64,000 nucleotides of DNA, taken from a bacterium. GTDB lineage: Bacteria; Patescibacteriota; Saccharimonadia; Saccharimonadales; Saccharimonadaceae. Where the stretch lies: positions 44,190-108,189 of the forward strand of contig JAUIGB010000001.1 in the NCBI GenBank assembly GCA_030429975.1, in the 5' to 3' direction. Numbering within the stretch: position 1 is the first letter of the stretch; the number at the start of each line of letters is the position of its first letter. A program made the translations under genes and the position numbers. This document shows positions 46,326 to 54,343 of this stretch, piece after piece. A model generated the notes under the pieces. That model did no database searches and was not told the origin of the DNA. It saw only the letters and a list, made by a program, of their open reading frames with translations.

Positions 46326-48287
46326 TTAGGGGCGAACGACTACTTCGTTACCCTGCGAGTCAATAATTGTTTCTGGCAGGCCACTGTTTGGCAAACCAGG
46401 ATATTTGCTAGGATCCATTTCGGCAGGACCAAAGAAATGATTAGTTTCGCCACCTATCCAAGAGTACAGTTTGTCGCCATAGTGGTCGGCTATGGAACCA
46501 GCAATCATACCGGCACTACCAGCCAAGGCGGCAAAGCCAAACGGCGCGACACGTTTCCAAACTTCCCATCGGTTGATATCACGTTCGTATCGGTCCAATG
46601 AAGCCATCATGCCTAGCATGTACCTGCTGTGTCGTGGTGGTAACTGATGACCATTATTTCGAGCTACTCGTGCAGCCTGATTATATTCGTTGATTTTGTC
46701 TCGAATTTTATCTATGTGCTGCGCCGAACTCATACGATTCGTCGCCGATGGTAAACCTCGCCATGCAGAGTCATTCTTGGTCGCTGCCAATAATGCTGCG
46801 GCCGCAGCGGCTGAAGTACCGCCAGTAAATGGCGCGGCGATTATTCCGGTGCCTAGTATGGCGCCATATTTCAGCCAACTCTTCTTGTTATTAAGTTCGA
46901 ATTTTCCTATTGCTCGGCAAAATTTTGCGATTAATGTATTGCGCATGTGCTTAGACGTCTGTTCACGCAACAGATTCATCTCGTGTTGCTGTGATTCTAC
47001 TTCCTGATCAACACTAGAGATTACATTGAGACCAAGCTGGCCATTAGTAAGCCGTGCTATTTCTTGCTCTATTTCAAACTTTCTACTAGTAGTGTCCAAG
47101 TACTTGGCGCGAGCTGTGCGTAATTCGCCTTCTACGTCCTGATTAAACATACCCATGACAAATCGGCCAATTTTGTGATTGCGTATTATGCGTGCTTCGA
47201 GTCGAGCTAGCTCTTTTCGTACGCCTTCGCGCACAACTGTTTCACCACCAACGGTCATTTCTCCGCCGTTTAGGGTAGTGTTTACACGCTCTAATTCAGC
47301 CTGTAGGATATCTAGGTGTTGGTTGTTTGGATTTGCAGGAGGCTGTTGATTACCACCGGCCGGAGGTTGCTGATTGCCATTGCCGCCAGCAGGAGGGTTC
47401 GGGGGTGTGGGTGGCTGATTATTGTTACCACCAGCAGGTGCCGGCGCTGGAGCGGGCGCGGGCGGAGGGGTAGCCGGGGTTGGAGTTGGAGCATTGTAAT
47501 TAGGGTCGGCCACATAATTTAGGCGCCTATCATTACGAAGCTGTTTTGGATCGCGTCGTTGACTCTTGGTTAGCCCATAGCCATTATCCGCTAGGGTGCG
47601 CCACGCGCGTTCCATCATGCCTAATTCGTGGTCTAGGTCATCTAGGTCTTGGGCAGCTTCCTGATACTTGGAGTTTTTGTCAGCGTCACCAGGATTTAGG
47701 TCGCAATCACGCGCTACCTTGAAATACTCTGAGGCGCACGGGTCTAGCGCAGACACGCCATCGGCATCAATTAAATACTGCAGGGCTTCTACTTGCTCTT
47801 CTAACTTATGTTTTTCCGCGGCACTAATAGAACCATCTTGTGATTTTTGCTCTAGATCATCACGCAGTTTCTCTGCCCTAGCAAGCATGGCTTCGTTGCC
47901 TTGTTTGCCGTTGTAGTCGCTGTACAAATTATCCCCATCCAAGTCGCCAATAGCCCAGTTGAGCTTTTCTTCGACTATCATGTGGTTCAAGAATCGACCT
48001 TCATAGCCGTTTAGTTGCGCCACTGGACGCTGTTCAGTACGCATCGTGTCTATCAGGCCAAGTAATTCGTGGCCGCCGTCTATACCATCGGTATCAAAAC
48101 ACTTTTTGATTCCGCCGAAATCCTCGCCAGCGGAGTATAAAGATTTTCGCCAACGACGTGCAAAGTCAATCACATCAGACGCGGGATCTTGATCCCTGTC
48201 AGGATGGGTGTTGTGGTTCCGCTGTTGATTGTGATTTCGTGGCTGACCGTTATGATTTGGGGCTCGCCTAGGTCGTTGTGGTGTCAT
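46326..48287 (-). CDS. Hypothetical large protein (basic N-terminus, P/A/N/Q-rich linker, coiled coils, C-terminal hydrophobic segments)
   Basis: 653-aa ORF. No family recognised. Confidence 0.6.
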   Translation of the reverse strand: MTPQRPRRAPNHNGQPRNHNQQRNHNTHPDRDQDPASDVIDFARRWRKSLYSAGEDFGGIKKCFDTDGIDGGHELLGLIDTMRTEQRPVAQLNGYEGRFLNHMIVEEKLNWAIGDLDGDNLYSDYNGKQGNEAMLARAEKLRDDLEQKSQDGSISAAEKHKLEEQVEALQYLIDADGVSALDPCASEYFKVARDCDLNPGDADKNSKYQEAAQDLDDLDHELGMMERAWRTLADNGYGLTKSQRRDPKQLRNDRRLNYVADPNYNAPTPTPATPPPAPAPAPAPAGGNNNQPPTPPNPPAGGNGNQQPPAGGNQQPPANPNNQHLDILQAELERVNTTLNGGEMTVGGETVVREGVRKELARLEARIIRNHKIGRFVMGMFNQDVEGELRTARAKYLDTTSRKFEIEQEIARLTNGQLGLNVISSVDQEVESQQHEMNLLREQTSKHMRNTLIAKFCRAIGKFELNNKKSWLKYGAILGTGIIAAPFTGGTSAAAAAALLAATKNDSAWRGLPSATNRMSSAQHIDKIRDKINEYNQAARVARNNGHQLPPRHSRYMLGMMASLDRYERDINRWEVWKRVAPFGFAALAGSAGMIAGSIADHYGDKLYSWIGGETNHFFGPAEMDPSKYPGLPNSGLPETIIDSQGNEVVVRP

Positions 48288-48469
48288 ATCGTATTACTTA
48301 TGGTTATATAGGTACATAATAGCAAAAAATTGACAAAAAGTCAATACCCTTATGCCTATTCCCTCCCTCGACACATACCCTGCCCCGCACCGTTCCAATC
48401 CCCACAAATAGTTTCATTTTTTGTCCGGTCGGACGAATTTTTATACAAATTTACAGTAGTGGGGGTGTA

Positions 48470-49747
48470 TTAGCTGTTGATGATGTCGTGATAGTCACTG
48501 CCCTTTTTGTATGTCTGTATACCATCCTGGGATTGCCACGCCCTCTGTACGGGAGCTAGAATCTCCCAAGACCTCAATACCTCACCACTACTAGCAAACA
48601 GGCTCTTGCGACCCGTGATGGCGTCTACGAGTACTTGTTCATACGCTTCTGGTAGTCGCGTGTCCGAAGGGTACATATAGCTAAGCTTTTGACTCTGTAC
48701 TTCACGCTCATAACCAGCCTTTTTGACCAATAAATCAATCGAAATTCCCTCGTCTGGCTGGATTTTGAACACCAAACTATTACTATGTGCATCGTGTGAG
48801 CGTTTAAAGTTTACCCTCACCTCTGTTTTTTTGGCATCCAATGCCTTACCTGTGGTGAGCGTCAGCGGCACCCCACTCCAGTTTTCATCAGTTGATTCTA
48901 GCTTTAATGACACGAATGTTTCCACGTTGCTGTCAGGGTTGTTTACTTCGTCTCTATAACCCTGATACTGAGCATGTTTACAGTATCTTGGGTCGGCGGG
49001 CTGAACCGATTCCAGCGCCATCAGGCGCAGTGCCGGCAATGTGTCCCAATTTAGCTCGTCGGGTATATCAGATAACGTCAGTGCTAGTAACTGCATCAAA
49101 TGACCCTGCACTATATCGCGCAGCGCGCCAGTTTGTTCATAAAAATCTACCCTGCCCTCGATATCTACCGATTCCAGCGCCATTACGTCCACGCTCTCGA
49201 TGTATTTATTGCTCCATAGGTGTCGAAATATCGCATTCGTGGCACGAAACATTACGACGTTTTGCGCCATTTCCTTTGCCAGATAGTGGTCTATGCGGTA
49301 CACCTGCGATTCGTCAAAGTGTTTCGCCGTATGATCAATCATTTCCTGCGCGCTAGCTAGGTCCGTGCCGAAAGGTTTTTCTAGTAACAGCTTGTTTGGC
49401 GCGCGGTTTAGTCCCGATTGCCCCAAATGTTCGATGATATTCGCGGCGTATTCTGGTGGAACGGATAGATAGAATAATACTTGTTCGCCCTCGCCCGCGC
49501 TGATGTAATCCTTTAGTTTTGCATAGTCATCCGGGTTTTCGACATCCATCTGCAACATCGACGTCGTACCGTTCAACTGATGATGGTGTTCGCCCAGCAC
49601 CGTGAACTGCTCGACTTCCCTGCGAGAAACACCAATAATAGACAGTTCGCCAATATCGCCAGCCTCGATAATATTAGCCAACGCCGGCAAAAGCTTGCTC
49701 TGCGCCAAATGACCAGTGATACCAAAAATGACTAATGTAGTCTTCAT
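48470..49747 (-). CDS. zwf: Glucose-6-phosphate 1-dehydrogenase
   Basis: FGITGHLAQSKLLPAL NADP site, EKPFG, and YRIDHYLAKE active-site motif. Confidence 0.9.
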   Translation of the reverse strand: MKTTLVIFGITGHLAQSKLLPALANIIEAGDIGELSIIGVSRREVEQFTVLGEHHHQLNGTTSMLQMDVENPDDYAKLKDYISAGEGEQVLFYLSVPPEYAANIIEHLGQSGLNRAPNKLLLEKPFGTDLASAQEMIDHTAKHFDESQVYRIDHYLAKEMAQNVVMFRATNAIFRHLWSNKYIESVDVMALESVDIEGRVDFYEQTGALRDIVQGHLMQLLALTLSDIPDELNWDTLPALRLMALESVQPADPRYCKHAQYQGYRDEVNNPDSNVETFVSLKLESTDENWSGVPLTLTTGKALDAKKTEVRVNFKRSHDAHSNSLVFKIQPDEGISIDLLVKKAGYEREVQSQKLSYMYPSDTRLPEAYEQVLVDAITGRKSLFASSGEVLRSWEILAPVQRAWQSQDGIQTYKKGSDYHDIINS

Positions 49748-49754
49748 GGTTCTA

Positions 49755-50468
49755 TTATAACGATAGTTTCAATTTGCGCAGGGCGAAAACCGCCAACAGC
49801 CAAAAGCCTGCCGTCCAGGCCATTGCGAGCAACACGTCAGATTCATTCAACATGGCAAATACCAGCCACCATACAAATACCAATGGGGCGTAGATGACTA
49901 TACGGTCGTACATACGCACGAACGGGGCGAAATGTCGGACTATTAACCAATAGATGACCGCGGCAATCATGCCTAATGGCAAAAACAACTGCGCCACTCC
50001 CCAGCCTATAACTCCGCCAACTAGCAAAAACATGACCAGCAGTGTCATTTTGTCCGTCACGTTATAATTTCGGTCAATATCAAACTGTTTCAGCTGTGAT
50101 GATAGATCGTCCATGTCCTTGTACGTGATTACCGTCGCGGAAATACCATCAAACACTGGTTTGTGTTTGATACCTTGCCTTTTGACTATTATCACGGGCT
50201 TTCGCATGGCATACGCCATTCCAGCCTCGACCACGCGACCACCGGTTGGATTATCGGACACGTCAACGAGTAGCATGTCGCACGCACCTATTTCATCGCG
50301 TGTGCGGTCCCATAGTTGCTTTGGGTTATCAAAGGTGTGTTTGTAATGTTCAACGTCGCGAACAAAGCAAAAATCCTTTAATCGTGCATTCTTGACCGCT
50401 TTGCATAGCGCGTCGATTTCGTGTTTGTTATCGGCCCCTTTGTACCTAGCAGTGACGTATACTTTCAC
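49755..50468 (-). CDS. Nucleoside 2-deoxyribosyltransferase-like domain fused to a ~4-TM C-terminal domain
   Basis: 237 aa. CDMLLVDVSDNPTGGRVVEAGMAYAMRKPVIIV matches the NDT-fold D...E.G.A..KPV pattern. GTG start 6 nt after TATAGT. Confidence 0.55.
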   Translation of the reverse strand: MKVYVTARYKGADNKHEIDALCKAVKNARLKDFCFVRDVEHYKHTFDNPKQLWDRTRDEIGACDMLLVDVSDNPTGGRVVEAGMAYAMRKPVIIVKRQGIKHKPVFDGISATVITYKDMDDLSSQLKQFDIDRNYNVTDKMTLLVMFLLVGGVIGWGVAQLFLPLGMIAAVIYWLIVRHFAPFVRMYDRIVIYAPLVFVWWLVFAMLNESDVLLAMAWTAGFWLLAVFALRKLKLSL

Positions 50469-50486
50469 TACTTCACTATAGCAAAT

Positions 50487-51842
50487 CTACAAGTTTTCAA
50501 ACGGGAAGTATCGCTTAATGACATTACGAGCGATACGATCATTTTTACCCGTAATCTTGGGTCTATGCGAAAAGTCACTATTGTAAAGCAAGTGCATATC
50601 GGTGGGGTTCACGTCACGCACCTTTTTACTACCGCTCATTTGATTAGCCAAAGTATCTCCATACTCCAACAACGAATTTGCACCACCTTCGTTCACTCGT
50701 TTGTACATACGTCGCGCCGAGGTACTGAGTGAGGTGCCCTTTATATATCCCTTTAGCTTTGTTGGTTCCGCGCCTTTTATCAGACCTTTGGGTATAATTG
50801 CCCATCCAATGGAATCGCGATCCTCTAGGCCTTTACTCAGACTTCTGCAAGCTGACACTGTTTCTGCACGCGATGTTACGCAATGGGTTTCGCTAATCGC
50901 GGGCATCACCATTTTACGAAAAATCGGGTTCATGCCACCCGTGGACAGATACGTGCCTATCGCGCTCGCAAAACCTGATTCTTCGTAGTATCCCTTTAGC
51001 TCCTTACCCCGATACGCCATGCGTCGATGTATTTCATCCACCGCAACAGCACGCGTGGCACTATCGGTATTTGATAGTAGCTCGTCCGTCCAATCTATTT
51101 CGAAGTGTAATTTTAGATGAGGAAACAGCACCTCGCCTTTTTCTACTTCATCGCGCACGGCGCGTAGTGAATTACCACGCATACTAGGAGTATCTGCGTC
51201 CAACCATAAGACTGGATGCATGAATCCATTGCCCTGCCTAGCACAAAGCATGGCCGTTGCCTCCATATAATCATGCCTGACGTCAGTCATGCGCACGTTC
51301 CCTTTCTGGGTTTTTAGAGCCGTGAAAATCCGCAAATCATTGTTAGATATTTCACCCATCATCTGTTGTAAACGGGCGTAGTTTTCGTCGGCCAGCGCCT
51401 GTACTTCACCGCGTTTGCGGTTACTTTTATAAAAGGCATTCGCCCAAATAATCACGTTTACCGGTTGACCTAGGTCCTGTTGTGACTCGCCAACTAGACG
51501 TACCGTATCCGCCAACGTGTCGAAATCCTCGCTATTAACGGCGACAGGTATCGTGACGGTCGCGCCTGCTGGGCTATCTAGATATTCGTGACCTAGAGGC
51601 TGTAGCAAATCGTAGTTTTGCTCCATAGAGTCAATAGTCTGCTGACGCAGCTCCTCATCCCTACTTTTATATTTTTCTGGGTAATCTTTGCCCTCGCGAG
51701 CATAACTATATCTAGGAAAATCCTCGTACATTCGCAGGTACTGTTCGAAAGCCACGCCAAAGGCCTCTTGGTTGAGGCGTTCATAGTTGTCCCCTTGCTC
51801 TATATCGGGTACAAAACCAGAGTTTTCATGACTAGTGGTCAT
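50487..51842 (-). CDS. GT-A-fold (GT2-like) glycosyltransferase, soluble
   Basis: 451 aa. VTIPVAVNSEDFDTLADTV N-terminal beta-alpha pattern and LWLDADT (DxD). Confidence 0.5.
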   Translation of the reverse strand: MTTSHENSGFVPDIEQGDNYERLNQEAFGVAFEQYLRMYEDFPRYSYAREGKDYPEKYKSRDEELRQQTIDSMEQNYDLLQPLGHEYLDSPAGATVTIPVAVNSEDFDTLADTVRLVGESQQDLGQPVNVIIWANAFYKSNRKRGEVQALADENYARLQQMMGEISNNDLRIFTALKTQKGNVRMTDVRHDYMEATAMLCARQGNGFMHPVLWLDADTPSMRGNSLRAVRDEVEKGEVLFPHLKLHFEIDWTDELLSNTDSATRAVAVDEIHRRMAYRGKELKGYYEESGFASAIGTYLSTGGMNPIFRKMVMPAISETHCVTSRAETVSACRSLSKGLEDRDSIGWAIIPKGLIKGAEPTKLKGYIKGTSLSTSARRMYKRVNEGGANSLLEYGDTLANQMSGSKKVRDVNPTDMHLLYNSDFSHRPKITGKNDRIARNVIKRYFPFENL

Positions 51843-51879
51843 ATACCCATATTATAGCACAATTATGGTTATGTTTCAA

Positions 51880-52692
51880 CTATAGGTACAGAAGGACCAG
51901 ACTGGTGGCCATAACGGCCATGCCGGCAACAGCTCCGTAAACCGCCTGGTGTTCGGATGTGCTGTAGCGTTTTGCGGCCGGCAATAGTTCGTCTATGACG
52001 ATGAACACCATCATTCCCCCCACCGCCGCAAACAACGCGCCAATCAAGCTTTCGGGTAATAACGCAGAAAAGACCGCATATCCAACCACCGCTCCGATAG
52101 GTTCGGCTATGCCCGATGCCATGGTATATCCTAGAGCCTTTTTTCGATTACGCGTGGCCGCATATACTGGCGCGGCTACCGCAATTCCCTCTGGAATATT
52201 ATGGATTGCTATGGCAATCGCCAAGACTATTCCCAATTGTGGATCCTGCAAGGCACCGACAAAAGTCACAAGGCCCTCGGGCAAATTATGTAACGTAATC
52301 GCTACCGCGACTAACAGGCCGCTTCGCATGAGCATCTTTGCTTCTGCCTTTGTCAGTCCGTCACGCGGTTTATTCTCTAAACCTTCGCGTTTACTAGGAT
52401 TGACGGATTTTGGTAGAAACCTGTCGATAACAGCGATTAACGCCATGCCGGCAAAGAACGCCATGAACGTAATGGCCATCGCCCATGTTTCAAATCCTAC
52501 CGCTATCTGGGCCTGCGCCTTTGGGATAATTTCGACGAAAGAGACTAGTAGCATGGCACCCGACGCAAATCCAAGCGCAATCGCCAAGACTTCGCGTCGT
52601 ACCATACTCCGATGCATGGCCAAGAAACCACCGATTAACGTAGATAGACCTGCGATTAACGTAAGCGTTAGTGCGAATAAATATCCGTCCAT
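51880..52692 (-). CDS. zupT: ZIP-family zinc transporter
   Basis: 270 aa with HNLPEGL and HNIPEGIAV motifs. Confidence 0.9.
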   Translation of the reverse strand: MDGYLFALTLTLIAGLSTLIGGFLAMHRSMVRREVLAIALGFASGAMLLVSFVEIIPKAQAQIAVGFETWAMAITFMAFFAGMALIAVIDRFLPKSVNPSKREGLENKPRDGLTKAEAKMLMRSGLLVAVAITLHNLPEGLVTFVGALQDPQLGIVLAIAIAIHNIPEGIAVAAPVYAATRNRKKALGYTMASGIAEPIGAVVGYAVFSALLPESLIGALFAAVGGMMVFIVIDELLPAAKRYSTSEHQAVYGAVAGMAVMATSLVLLYL

Positions 52693-52702
52693 TTATACCC
52701 TA

Positions 52703-53029
52703 CTAGTTTGATTGTTCATCGAGAGGCAGTCTATAGGTAATCTCGTCACCCCAACTGTCTGGTACTATATCACCACGTTCGATCGCTAACTGTGCCGAAT
52801 AAACAACGACGCCAGCGTGACCGATTGATACTCTTCTATCCAGAGGCTCGCCCTCGGCACTATCAATTATCGGTGTTTCCGAGGTAATCTGCGCGTTTAA
52901 CTCGGCCATTAATACAGGTTCTGGGTGATGTTCGGTGACTATGTCGACCACGCGCTTGGCTATGTCACGTTTGATTGCCAGTCTCTCTTTTCGCGGTAAA
53001 TCCGTATAACTAACAATCTCGGCGACCAT
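52703..53029 (-). CDS. Hypothetical protein
   Basis: 108-aa ORF immediately downstream of nrdB (1-nt gap). No motif recognised. Confidence 0.5.
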   Translation of the reverse strand: MVAEIVSYTDLPRKERLAIKRDIAKRVVDIVTEHHPEPVLMAELNAQITSETPIIDSAEGEPLDRRVSIGHAGVVVYSAQLAIERGDIVPDSWGDEITYRLPLDEQSN

Positions 53030-53030
53030 A

Positions 53031-54026
53031 CTAATCCTTCTTTTTGCTGCTAGAAGCGTTTACTTCGTAACTCGTGTTGGTACTCTCGAAAAAGTTGACT
53101 AGTTCCAACGTGTCATTCGCAGTCGCCATCCATTTGGCAGGATTGCTAACTTTGTAGTGTGGTTCAAAGCCAAGTTCTTCTAATCGTCGATCGGTTAGGT
53201 ACTTTACGTACTGGTTCACATAATCAGCGTTTAGACCCAGGATGCCTTTTGGCAACATGACTTTGTTGTATTCCTCTTCCATTTCGACGGCGTCGAGGAT
53301 AGTTTGCTTGATTTCATTGGCAAACTCTTCGGTCTGCAAATCTTCGTTTTCCTCTAGTGTCGTGAGGATCAGGTTAATGCCAAACTTTAGGTGCAATGAT
53401 TCGTCGCGAACCACCCAGTCAATCAACGACGCGAAGTTGCGTAGCAGATTTCGCTGACGGAATGACAGCGCAACCATAAAGCCACTATAGAACCAGATTC
53501 CTTCTAGGATGATGTTGTAGGCAATCAGGTTTCGAATAAAGTCTTTTTTACCCTCTGTCGTATTGATATCTAGGTGCTTTTCGGTCATGCGCTTGATAGC
53601 TTCCGTTTCAAAAGCTTCCTTACGTGCCATGACCGGTTCGTCGACATGCGCCGCATACGCTTTGTCGCGATCGATTGGGAAAGTTTCGAGTACGTACTCA
53701 AACGCCATACAGTGATTTGCTTCTTCCCACATCTGTTTTGCTAGATACAAATGACATTCGGCGGCGTTGACATAAGGATATACGCCAAAGGCAAGCGCTT
53801 TGTTAACCAATAGTTCGTTGGGGTTAAAGTATGCCATCAAAAACTCGACTGCATGGCGCTCCTCTTCGGTCATCTTTTTCCAGTCAGCTAAATCTTGCCC
53901 TAGTTGTATTTCGTTTGGAAACCAGGTGTTTGCAACTGCCTGATCGTACAGCTCCATCGCCCATGGATAATGTATTGGTTTAAGTAGTAATCCGTCCTGG
54001 ATACCAGTGCCTAGAATGCCTGCCAT
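53031..54026 (-). CDS. nrdB: Ribonucleotide reductase small subunit, class Ic-like (Phe at the radical-Tyr position)
   Basis: 331 aa. Metal ligands E71, E102-x-x-H105, ILEGIWFY and RDESLH. F109 sits at H+4, where class Ia has the radical Tyr. Confidence 0.9.
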   Translation of the reverse strand: MAGILGTGIQDGLLLKPIHYPWAMELYDQAVANTWFPNEIQLGQDLADWKKMTEEERHAVEFLMAYFNPNELLVNKALAFGVYPYVNAAECHLYLAKQMWEEANHCMAFEYVLETFPIDRDKAYAAHVDEPVMARKEAFETEAIKRMTEKHLDINTTEGKKDFIRNLIAYNIILEGIWFYSGFMVALSFRQRNLLRNFASLIDWVVRDESLHLKFGINLILTTLEENEDLQTEEFANEIKQTILDAVEMEEEYNKVMLPKGILGLNADYVNQYVKYLTDRRLEELGFEPHYKVSNPAKWMATANDTLELVNFFESTNTSYEVNASSSKKKD

Positions 54027-54101
54027 GATATTTATCGAGTCCTTTCTTGAGTGTCTTTAATAAATTTACCATATGTCACCCCTATTAAATAATGCTTGTT
54101 T

Positions 54102-54275
54102 TTATTCGCAACCTTCGCAAATAGTCAGACTTGCGGGATCTAGTGGAGCCGCGATAGAACCGTTGCTTTTGGCTTCTTCGTTAGCCTGTTGTTGTGCTGC
54201 CTTCATGGCATCGTCGATTGCTTTTAGCTTTTGCTCAAGTGTCATGCTGTCACTGATAATTGATTTTGCATTCAT
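54102..54275 (-). CDS. Small protein (57 aa) ending in CEGCE, between nrdA and nrdB
   Basis: Hand translation: MNAKSIISDSMTLEQKLKAIDDAMKAAQQQANEEAKSNGSIAAPLDPASLTICEGCE. SD-like AGGGGGAA precedes the ATG. Below the 60-aa cutoff of the ORF track. Confidence 0.55.
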   Translation of the reverse strand: MNAKSIISDSMTLEQKLKAIDDAMKAAQQQANEEAKSNGSIAAPLDPASLTICEGCE

Positions 54276-54343
54276 GGTTATTCCCCCTATTTGTTCGTAA
54301 TTTTATTTTGAAATGTACTGTGGTGTTTGTCTTTGTTTTTATC

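Noticed and set aside
48357-48410. G-rich tract on the minus strand (GGGG..GGGG.CA.GGG..GGG.A.GGG) as a G-quadruplex upstream of the 46326-48287 gene
   Set aside because: Loops of 10-13 nt make a stable G4 doubtful, and it is a single occurrence. Noted only as a compositional oddity.
51995-52711. 238-aa plus-strand ORF
   Set aside because: It lies entirely antisense to the well-supported zupT gene (HNLPEGL/HNIPEGIAV). The translation is Ala/Pro/Ser/Thr-rich shadow sequence with no motif.
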